From: Antedon mediterranea
Lineage: Eukaryota > Animalia > Echinodermata
DNA length: 64,000 nt
Assembly: GCF_964355755.1 (NCBI RefSeq)
Contig: NC_092678.1
Coordinates: 10,290,352 to 10,354,351, forward strand
Direction: 5' to 3'
The notes below the pieces were generated by a model. The model had not been told where the DNA came from. It saw only the letters and a program-made list of their open reading frames with translations, and did no database searches. Position 1 is the first letter of the stretch. The number at the start of each line of letters is the position of its first letter. A program made the translations under genes and the position numbers. Below, piece after piece: positions 53,701 through 64,000 of this stretch.

Positions 53701-56700
53701 AATGTGATTTTAAGCACTTTGATGTTTTTGTAAAACCAAGTTTCATCGAAATGAACAAAATGGTCTAAAATGTCTCAAAATGCGATTTGAAGCTTTTCCA
53801 AGCACTTTGCTGTTTTTATGTTAACAAGCTTTTTCGAAAATCACAAAATGGTCTAAAACGTCTCCAAATGCGATTTGAAGATATTCTGAGCACTTTGGTG
53901 TTTTTATGTTAAAAAGTTTTTTCGAAAATCACAAAATGGTCTAAAACGTCTCCAAATGCGATTTGAAGATATTCTGAGCACTTTGGTGTTTTTATGTTAA
54001 AAAGTTTTTTCGAAAATCACAAAATGGTCTAAAACGTCTCCAAATGCGATTTGAAGCTATTCTGTACACTTTGATGTTTTGTGTGAAAAAGTTTTGTCGA
54101 AATGCTCAAAATGGTTTAAAACGTTTTTAAAACGATATTAAGTTATTTTGTGCTCTTTGATGTTTTTGTGTAACCAAGTTTCATCGAAATGAACAAAATG
54201 GTCTAAAACGTCTCCAAATGCGATTTGAAGCTTTTCCAAGCACTTTGCTGTTTTTATGTTAACAAGTTTTTTCGAAAATCACAAAATGGTGTAAAACGTC
54301 TCAAAATGCGATTTGAAGGTATTCTGAGCACTTTGGTGTTTTTGTGTGAAAAGTTTTAACGAAATGCTCAAAATGGTCTAAAACGGTTCTAATGTGATTT
54401 TAAGCTATTCTAGACACTTTGATGTTTTGTGTGAAAAAGTTTTCTCGAAATGCTCAAAATGGTCTAAAACGTTTTCCAATACCATATTAAGCTATTTTGT
54501 GCAATTTGATGTTTTTGTGTAACCAAGTTTTTTGAAATGCGATTTGAAGATATTCTGAGGACTCTGGTGTTTTTATGTTAAAAAGTTTTTTCGAAAATCA
54601 CAAAATGGTCTAAAACGTCTCCAAATGCGATTTGAAGATATTCTGAGCACTTTGGTGTTTTTATGTTAAAAAGTTTTTTCGAAAATCACAAAATGGTCTA
54701 AAACGTCTCCAAATGCGAGTTGAAGCTATTCTGTACACTTTGATGTTTTGTGTGAAAAAGTTTTGTCGAAATGCTCAAAATGGTCTAAAACGTTTTTAAA
54801 ACGATATTAAGCTATTTTGTGCTCTTTGATGTTTTTGTGTAACCAAGTTTTTTCGAAAATCACAAAATGGTCTAAAACGTCTCCAAATGCGATTTGAAGC
54901 TTTTCTAAGCACTTTGGTGTTTTTATGTTAACAAGTTTTTTCGCAAATCACAAAATGGTCTAAAACGTCTCCAAATGCGATTTGAAGATATTCTGAGCAC
55001 ATTGGTGTTTTTATGTTAAAAAAGTTTTTTCGAAAATCACAAAATGGTCTAAAACGTTTCCAAATGCGATTTGAAGCTCTTCTGTACACTTTGATGTTTT
55101 GTGTGAAAAAGTTTTTTCGAAATGCTCAAAATGGTCTAAAACGTTTTTAAATACGATATTAAGCTGTTTTGTGCACTTTGATGGTTTGTGTGAAAAGTTT
55201 TAACGAAATGCTCAAAATGGTCAAAAACGGTTTCTAATGTGATTTTAAGCACTTTGATGTTTTTGTGTAACCAAGTTTTTTCGAAAATCACAAATTGGTC
55301 TAAAACGTCTCCAAATGCGATTTGAAGCTTTTCTAAACACTTTGGTGCTTTTATGTTAACAAGTTTTTTCGAAAATCACAAAATGGTCTAAAACGTCTCC
55401 AAATGCGATTTGAAGCTTTTCTAAACACTTTGGTGTTTTTATGTTAACAAGTTTTTTCGAAAATCACAAAATGGTCTAAAACGTCTTCAAATGCGATTTG
55501 AAGATATTCTGAGCACTTTGGTGTTTTTCTGTTAAAAAGTTTTTTCGAAAATCACAAAATGGTCTAAAACGTCTCCAAATGCGATTTGAAGCTCTTCTGT
55601 ACACTTTGATGTTTTGTGTGAAAAAGTTTTCTCGAAATGCTCAAAATGGTCTAAAACGTTTTCCAATACCATATTAAGCTATTTTGTGCAATTTGATGTT
55701 TTTATGTAACCAAGTTTTTTGAAATGCGATTTGAAGATATTCTGAGCACTTTGGTGTTTTTATGTTAAAAAGTTTTTTCGAAAATCACAAAATGGTCTAA
55801 AACGTCTCCAAATGCGATTTGAAGATATTCTGAGCACTTTGGTGTTTTTATGTTAAAAAGTTTTTTCGAAAATCACAAAATGGTCTAAAACGTCTCCAAA
55901 TGCGATTTGAAGCTATTCTGTACACTTTGATGTTTTGTGTGAAAAAGTTTTGTCGAAATGCTCAAAATGGTCTAAAACGTTTTTAAAACGATATTAAGCT
56001 ATTTTGTGCTCTTTGATGTTTTTGTGTAACCAAGTTTTTTCGAAAATCACAAAATGGTCTAAAACGTCTCCAAATGCGATTTGAAGCTTTTCTAAGCACT
56101 TTGGTGTTTTTATGTTAACAAGTTTTTTCGAAAATCACAAAATGGTCTAAAACGTCTCAAAATGCGATTTGAAGGTATTCTGAGCACTTTGGTGTTTTTG
56201 TGTGAAAAGTTTTAACGAAATGCTCAAAATGGTCTAAAACGGTTTCTAATGTGATTTTAAGCACTTTGATGTTTTTGTGTAACCAAGTTTTTTCGAAAAT
56301 CACAAAATGGTCTAAAACGTCTCCAAATGCGATTTGAAGCTATTCTGTACACTTTGATGTTTTGTGTGAAAAAAGTTTTGTCGAAATGCTCAAAATGGTC
56401 TAAAACGTTTTTAAAACGATATTGAGCTATTTTGTGCTCTTTGATGTTTTTGTGTAACCAAGTTTTATCGAAATGAACAAAATGGTCTAAAACGTCTCCA
56501 AATGCGATTTGAAGCTTTTCCAAGCACTTTGCTGTTTTTATATTAAGTTTTTTCGAAAATCACAAAATGGTCTAAAACGTCTCTAAATGCGATTTGAAGG
56601 TATTCTGAGCAATTTGGTGTTTTTGTGTGAAAAGTTTTAACGAAATGCTCAAAATTGTCTAAAACGGTTTCTAATGTGATTTTAAGCACTTTGATGTTTT

Positions 56701-58949
56701 TGTAAAACCAAGTTTCATCGAAATGCACAAAATGGTCTAAAACGTCTCCAAATGCGATTTGAAGCTATTCTGTACACTTTGATGTTTTGTGTGAAAAAAG
56801 TTTTGTCGAAATGCTCAAAATGGTCTAAAACGTTTTTAAAACGATATTAAGCTATTTTGTGCTCTTTGATGTTTTTGTGTAACCAAGTTTTATCGAAATG
56901 AACAAAATGGTCTAAAACGTCTCCAAATGCGATTTGAAGCTTTTCCAAGCACTTTGCTGTTTTTATGTTAACAGGTTTTTTCGAAAATCACAAAATGGTC
57001 TAAAACGTCTCAAAATGCGATTTGAAGGTATTCTGAGCACTTTGGTGTTTTTGTGTGAAAAGTTTTAACGAAATGCTCAAAATTGTCTAAAACGGTTTCT
57101 AATGTGATTTTAAGCACTTTGATGTTTTTGTAAAACCAAGTTTCATCGAAATGCACAAAATGGTCTAAAATGTCTCCAAATGCGATTTGAAGCTTTTCCA
57201 AGCACTTTGCTGTTTTTATGTTAACAAGCTTTTTCGAAAATCACAAAAGGGTCTAAAACGTCTCCAAATGTGATTTGAAGATATTCTGAGCACTTTGGTA
57301 TTTTTATGTTAAAAAGTTTTTTCGAAAATCACAAAATGGTCTAAAACGTCTCCAAATGCGATTTGAAGATATTCTGAGCACTTTGGTGTTTTTATGTTAA
57401 AAAGTTTTTTCGAAAATCACAAAATGGTCTAAAACGTCTCCAAATGCGATTTGAAGCTATTCTGTACACTTTGATGTTTTGTGTGAAAAAGTTTTGTCGA
57501 AATGCTCAAAATGGTTTAAAACGTTTTTAAAACGATATTAAGCTATTTTGTGCTCTTTGATGTTTTTGTATAACCAAGTTTCATCGAAATGCACAAAATG
57601 GTCTAAAACGTCTCCAAATACGATTTGAAGCTTTTCCAAGCACTTTGCTGTTTTTATGTTAACAAGTTTTTTCGAAAATCACAAAATTGTCTAAAACGTC
57701 TCAAAATGCGATTTGAAGGTATTCTGAGCACTTTGGTGTTTTTGTGTGAAAAGTTTTAACGAAAAGCTCAAAATGGTCTAAAACGGTTCTAATGTGATTT
57801 TAAGCACTTTGATGTTTTTGTACAACCAAGTTTCATCGAAATGCTCAAAATGGTCTAAAACGTTTTTAAAACGATATTAAGCTATTTTGTGCTCTTTGAT
57901 GTTTTTGTGTAACCAAGTTTTTTTCGAAAATCACAAAATGGTCTAAAACGTCTCCAAATGCGATTTGAAGCTTTTCTAAGCACTTTGGTGTTTTTATGTT
58001 AACAAGTTTTTTCGAAAATCGCAAAATGGTCTAAAACGTCTCAAAATGCGATTTGAAGGTATTCTGAGCACTTTGGTGTTTTTGTGTGAAAAGTTTTAAC
58101 GAAATGCTCAAAATGGTCTAAAACGGTTTCTAATGTGATTTTAACCACTTTGATGTTTTTGTGTAACCAAGTTCTTTTCGAAAATCACAAAATGGTCTAA
58201 AACGTCTCCAAATGCGATTTGAAGCTTTTCTAAGCACTTTGGTGTTTTTATGTTAACAAGTTTTTTCGAAAATCACAAAATGGTCTAAAACGTCTCAAAA
58301 TGCGATTTGAAGGTATTCTGAGCACTTTGGTGTTTTTGTGTGAAAAGTTTTAACGAAATGCTCAAAATGGTCTAAAACGGTTTCTAATGTGATTTTAACC
58401 ACTTTGATGTTTTTGTGTAACCAAGTTTTTTCGAAAATCACAAAATGGTCTAAAACGTCTCCAAATGCGATTTGAAGCTTTTCTAAGCACTTTGGTGTTT
58501 TTATGTTAACAAGTTTTTTCGAAAATCACAAAATGGTCTAAAACGTCTCCAAATGCGATTTGAAGCTATTCTGTACACTTTGATGTTTTGTGTGAAAAAA
58601 GTTTTGTCGAAATGCTCAAAATGGTCTAAAACGTTTTTAAAACGATATTAAGCTATTTTGTGCTCTTTGATGTTTTTGTGTAACCAAGTTTTATCGAAAT
58701 GAACAAAATGTTCTAAAACGTCTCCAAATGCGATTTGAAGCTTTTCCAAGCACTTTGCTGTTTTTATGTTAAGTTTTTTCGAAAATCACAAATTGGTCTA
58801 AAACGTCTCTAAATGCGAGTTGAAGGTATTCTGAGCACTTTGGTGTTTTTGTGTGAAAAGTTTTAACGAAATGCTCAAAATTGTCTAAAACGGTTTCTAA
58901 TGTGATTTTAAGCACTTTGATGTTTTTGTAAAACCAAGTTTCATCGAAA
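50000..58949 (+). repeat. Copy 2 of the 28.5-37.2 kb block, carrying one extra A-E-F trimer
   Basis: The offset is 21482 before ~50.9k (tacaacc 29081/50563) and 21735 after it; the difference is 253. Confidence 0.9.
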
Positions 58950-61900
58950 TGCACAAAATGGTCTAAAACGTCTCCAAATGCGATTTGAAGCTTTTCTAAG
59001 CACTTTGCTGTTTTTATGTTAAAAAGTTTTTTCGAAAATCACAAAATGGTCTAAAACGTCTCCAAATGCGATTTGAAGATATTCTGAGCACTTTGGTGTT
59101 TTTATGTTAAAAAGTTTTTTCGAAAATCACAAAATGGTCTAAAACGTCTCCAAATGCGATTTGAAGATATTCTGAGCACTTTGGTGTTTTTATGTTAAAA
59201 AGTTTTTTCGAAAATCACAAAATGGTCTAAAACGTCTCCAAATGCGATTTGAAGCTATTCTGTACACTTTGATGTTTTGTGTGAAAAAGTTTTGTCGAAA
59301 TGCTCAAAATGGTCTAAAACGTTTTTAAAACGATATTAAGCTATTTTGTGCTCTTTGATGTTTTTGTGTAACCAAGTTTTATCGAAATGAACAAAATGGT
59401 CTAAAACGTCTCCAAATGCGATTTGAAGCTTTTCTAAGCACTTTGCTGTTTTTATGTTAACAAGTTTTTTCGAAAATCACAAAATGGTCTAAAACGTCTC
59501 CAAATGGGATTTGAAGCTTTTCTAAGCACTTTGGTGTTTTTATGTTAACAAGTTTTTTCGAAAAACACAAAATGGTCTAAAACCTCTCCAAATGCGATTT
59601 GAAGATATTCTGAGCACTTTGGTGTTTTTATGTTAAAAAGTATTTTCGAAAATCACAAAATGGTCTAAAACGTCTCCAAATGCGATTTGAAGCTCTTCTG
59701 TACACTTTGATGTTTTGTGTGAAAAAGTTTAGTCGAAATGCTCAAAATGGTCTAAAACGTTTTTAAAACGATATTAAGCTATTTTGTGCTCTTTGATGTT
59801 TTTGTGTAACCAAGTTTCATCGAAAATCACAAAATGGTCTAAAACGTCTCCAAATGCGATTTGAAGCTTTTCCAAGCACTTTGCTGTTTTTATGTTAACA
59901 AGTTTTTTCGAAAATCACAAAATGGTCTAAAACGTCTCAAAATGCGATTTGAAGGTATTCTGAGCACTTTGGTGTTTTTGTGTGAAAAGTTTTAACGAAA
60001 TGCTCAAAATTGTCTAAAACGGTTTCTAATGTGATTTTAAGCACTTTGATGTTTTTGTAAAACCAAGTTTCATCGAAATGAACAAAATGGTCTAAAATGT
60101 CTCCAAATGCGATTTGAAGCTTTTCCAAGCACTTTGCTGTTTTTATGTTAACAAGCTTTTTCGAAAATCACAAAATGGTCTAAAACGTCTCCAAATGCGA
60201 TTTGAAGATATTCTGAGCACTTTGGTGTTTTTATGTTAAAAAGTTTTTTCGAAAATCACAAAATGGTCTAAAACGTCTCCAAATGCGATTTGAAGATATT
60301 CTAAGCACTTTGGTGTTTTTATGTTAACAAGTTTTTTCGAAAATCACAAAATGGTCTAAAACGTCTCCAAATGCGATTTGAAGATATTCTAAGCACTTTG
60401 GTGTTTTTATGTTAACAAGTTTTTTCGAAAATCACAAAATGGTCTAAAACGTCTCCAAATGCGATTTGAAGATATTCTGAGCACTTTGGTGTTTTTCTGT
60501 TAAAAAGTATTTTCAAAAATCACAAAATGGTCTAAAACGTCTCCAAATGCGATTTGAAGCTCTTCTGTACACTTTGATGTTTTGTGTGAAAAAGTTTAGT
60601 CGAAATGCTCAAAATGGTCTAAAACGTTTTTAAAACGATATTAAGCTATTTTGTGCTCTTTGATGTTTTTGTGTAACCAAGTTTCATCGAAAATCACAAA
60701 ATGGTCTAAAACGTCTCCAAATGCGATTTGAAGCTTTTCCAAGCACTTTGCTGTTTTTATGTTAACAAGTTTTTTCGAAAATCACAAAATGGTCTAAAAC
60801 GTCTCAAAATACGATATTAAGCTGTTTTGTGCACTTTGATGATTTGTGTGAAAAGTTTTAACGAAATGCTCAAAATGGTCTAAAACGGTTTCTAATGTGA
60901 TTTTAAGCACTTTGATGTTTTTATGTAGCCAAGTTTTTTCGAAAATCACAAAATGGTCAAAAACGTCTCCAAATGCGATTTGAAGCTTTTCTAAGCACTT
61001 TGGTGTTTTTATGTTAACAAGTTTTTTCGAAAATCACAAAATTGTCTAAAACGTCTCCAAATGCAATTTGAAGCTATTCTGTACACTTTGATGTTTTGTG
61101 TGAAAAAGTTTTGTCAAAATGCTCAAAATGGTCTAAAACGTTTTTAAAACGATATTAAGCTATTTTGTGCTCTTTGATGTTTTTGTATAACCAAGTTTTT
61201 TCGAAAATCACAAAATGGTCTAAAACGTCTCCAAATGCGATTTGAAGCTTTTCTAAACACTTTGGTGTTTTTATGTTAACAAGTTTTTTCGAAAATCACA
61301 AAATGGTCTAAAACGTCTCCAAATCCGATTTGAAGCTATTCTGTACACTTTGATGTTTTGTGTGAAAAAGTTTTGTCGAAATGCTCAAAATGGTCTAAAA
61401 CGTTTTTAAAACGATATTAAGCTATTTTGTGCTCTTTGATGTTTTTGTGTAACCAAGTTTCATCGATATGAACAAAATGGTCTAAAACGTCTCAAAATGC
61501 GATTTGAAGGTATTCTGAGCACTTTGGTGTTTTTGGGTGAAAAGTTTTAACGAAATGCTCAAAATGGTCTAAAACGGTTTCTAATGTGATTTTAAGCACT
61601 TTGAAGTATTTGTAAAAACAAGTTTCATCGAAATGCACAAAATAGTCTAAAACGTCTTCAAATGCGATTTGAAGCTTTTCTAAGCACTTTGGTGTTTTTA
61701 TGTTAACAAGTTTTTTCGAAAATCACAAAATGGTCTAAAACGTCTCCAAATGCGATTTGAAGATATTCTGAGCACTTTGGTGTTTTTATGTTAAAAAGTA
61801 TTTTCGAAAATCACAAAATGGTCTAAAACGTCTCCAAATGCGATTTGAAGCTCTTCTGTACACTTTGATGTTTTGTGTGAAAAAGTTTAGTCGAAATGCT

Positions 61901-64000
61901 CAAAATGGTCTATAACGTTTTTAAAACGATATTAAGCTATTTTGTGCTCTTTGATGTTTTTGTGTAACCAAGTTTCATCGAAAATCACAAAATGGTCTAA
62001 AACGTCTCCAAATGCGATTTGAAGATATTCTGAGCACTTTGGTGTTTTTATGTTAACAAGTTTTTTCGAAAATCACAAAATGGTCTAAAACGTCTCCAAA
62101 TGCGATTTGAAGATATTCTGAGCACTTTGGTGTTTTTATGTTAAAAAGTTTTTTCGAAAATCACAAAATGGTCTAAAACGTCTCCAAATGCGATTTGAAG
62201 CTATTCTATACACTTTGATGTTTTGTGTTAAAAAGTTTTGTCGAAATGCTCAAAATGGTTTAAAACGTTTTTAAAACGATATTAAGCTATTTTGTGCTCT
62301 TTGATGTTTTTGTGTAACCAAGTTTCATCGAAATGAACAAAATGGTCTAAAACGTCTCCAAATGCGATTTGAAGCTTTTCCAAGCACTTTGCTGTTTTTA
62401 TGTTAACAAGTTTTTTCGAAAATCACAAAATTGTCTAAAACGTCTCAAAATGCGATTTGAAGGTATTCTGAGCACTTTGGTGTTTTTGTGTGAAAAGTTT
62501 TAACGAAAAGCTCAAAATGGTCTAAAACGGTTCTAATGTGATTTTAAGCACTTTGATGTTTTTGTACAACCAAGTTTCATCGAAATGCTCAAAATGGTCT
62601 AAAACGTTTTTAAAACGATATTAAGCTATTTTGTGCTCTTTGATGTTTTTGTGTAACCAAGGTTTTTTCGAAAATCACAAAATGGTCTAAAACGTCTCCA
62701 AATGCGATTTGAAGCTTTTCTAAGCACTTTGGTGTTTTTATGTTAACAAGTTTTTTCGAAAATCGCAAAATGGTCTAAAACGTCTCAAAATGCGATTTGA
62801 AGGTATTCTGAGCACTTTGGTGTTTTTGTGTGAAAAGTTTTAACGAAATGCTCAAAATGGTCTAAAACGGTTTCTAATGTGATTTTAACCACTTTGATGT
62901 TTTTGTGTAACCAAGTTCTTTTCGAAAATCACAAAATGGTCTAAAACGTCTCCAAATGCGATTTGAAGCTTTTCTAAGCACTTTGGTGTTTTTATGTTAA
63001 CAAGTTTTTTCGAAAATCACAAAATGGTCTAAAACGTCTCAAAATGCGATTTGAAGGTATTCTGAGCACTTTGGTGTTTTTGTGTGAAAAGTTTTAACGA
63101 AATGCTCAAAATGGTCTAAAACGGTTTCTAATGTGATTTTAACCACTTTGATGTTTTTGTGTAACCAAGTTTTTTCGAAAATCACAAAATGGTCTAAAAC
63201 GTCTCCAAATGCGATTTGAAGCTTTTCCAAGCACTTTGCTGTTTTTATGTTAACAAGTTTTTTCGAAAATCACAAAATGGTCTAAAACGTCTCCAAATGC
63301 GATTTCAAGGTATTCTGAGCACTTTGGTGTTTTTGTGTGAAAGGTTTTAACGAAATGCTCAAAATGGTCTAAAACGGTTTCTAATGTGATTTTAAGCACT
63401 TTGATGTTTTTGTATAACCAAGTTTCATCGAAATGCACAAAATGGTCTAAAACGTCTCCAAATGCGATTTGAAGCTTTTCTAAGCACTTTGCTGTTTTTA
63501 TGTTAAAAAGTTTTTTCGAAAATCACAAAATGGTCTAAAACGTCTCCAAATGCGATTTGAAGATATTCTGAGCACTTTGGTGTTTTTATGTTAAAAAGTT
63601 TTTTCGAAAATCACAAAATGGTCTAAAACGTCTCCAAATGCGATTTGAAGCTTTTCTAAACACTTTGGTGTTTTTATGTTAACAAGTTTTTTCGAAAATC
63701 ACAAAATGGTCTAAAACGTCTCCAAATCCGATTTGAAGCTATTCTGTACACTTTGATGTTTTGTGTGAAAAAGTTTTGTCGAAATGCTCAAAATGGTCTA
63801 AAACGTTTTTAAAACGATATTAAGCTATTTTGTGCTCTTTGATGTTTTTGTGTAACCAAGTTTCATCGATATGAACAAAATGGTCTAAAACGTCTCAAAA
63901 TGCGATTTGAAGGTATTCTGAGCACTTTGGTGTTTTTGGGTGAAAAGTTTTAACGAAATGCTCAAAATGGTCTAAAACGGTTTCTAATGTGATTTTAAGC

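Larger units (their letters stand above)
1..64000. repeat. Satellite DNA array, ~88-bp monomer, ~750 tandem copies, single orientation, runs past both window edges
   Basis: 'cgatttgaag' recurs at 1, 89 and 177 (period 88). The core 'caaaatggtctaaaacg' recurs every 78-88 bp across the window, except in the 58/59-bp truncated monomers. I saw no non-repeat sequence. Confidence 0.99.

Noticed and set aside
1430-63438. Recurrent 61-88 aa ORFs (MEKLQIAFGDVLDHFV...) as a small-protein family
   Set aside because: They are minus-strand translations of 2-3 satellite monomers, mostly from non-ATG starts (e.g. TTG, GTG). Monomer lengths of 88 and 86 bp shift the frame, and I see no recognisable domain or gene context.
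1-64000. CRISPR array (conserved ~35-bp core with variable 40-50 bp intervals)
   Set aside because: The intervals are homologous to one another and recur as a few classes hundreds of times. There are no unique spacers, leader or cas genes, and the core itself varies by class.
1-64000. Tandem tRNA, 5S or snRNA-like gene array (unit is tRNA-sized and contains 'ttcgaa')
   Set aside because: There is no cloverleaf or proper A/B box (GTTCRANNC) arrangement, GC is 32%, and frequent T4-T6 runs would terminate Pol III.
1-64000. Transposon, MITE or telomeric repeat, or an inversion
   Set aside because: I saw no terminal repeats, target-site duplications, coding remnants, short G-rich telomere units or reverse-orientation monomers.
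1-64000. Whole array as a sequencing or assembly artefact
   Set aside because: Discrete monomer classes, nested shared variants and small differences between block copies show an evolutionary hierarchy. Individual duplications still need read validation.

Overview
The whole 64-kb window is one uninterrupted, single-orientation satellite DNA array: about 750 head-to-tail copies of an AT-rich monomer of about 88 bp (the first monomer is 32% GC). I see no genes, RNA genes, transposon insertions, inversions or unique sequence. The listed ORFs are translations of the repeat. The monomers fall into about 8 recurring classes (78-88 bp, plus 58/59-bp truncated forms) that share a core 'cgaaa(atca/tgct)caaaatggtctaaaacg'. 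The classes follow a constrained order (C->D, E->F, A-E-F trimer, a ~602-bp 7-mer). They are nested in higher-order duplications of 253, 855, 1187, 1291 and 1457 bp and in multi-kb blocks repeated about 21.7 kb, 33.8 kb and other distances apart. The monomer has A/T tracts phased at about 10 bp, several dyad symmetries, and a 176-bp dimer length. This fits (peri)centromeric eukaryotic satellite DNA, but that is inference and the organism cannot be named from the sequence. I find no evidence of a protein-coding system; the interesting biology is the architecture and evolution of the array. All coordinates and offsets were counted by eye or taken from the ORF track.
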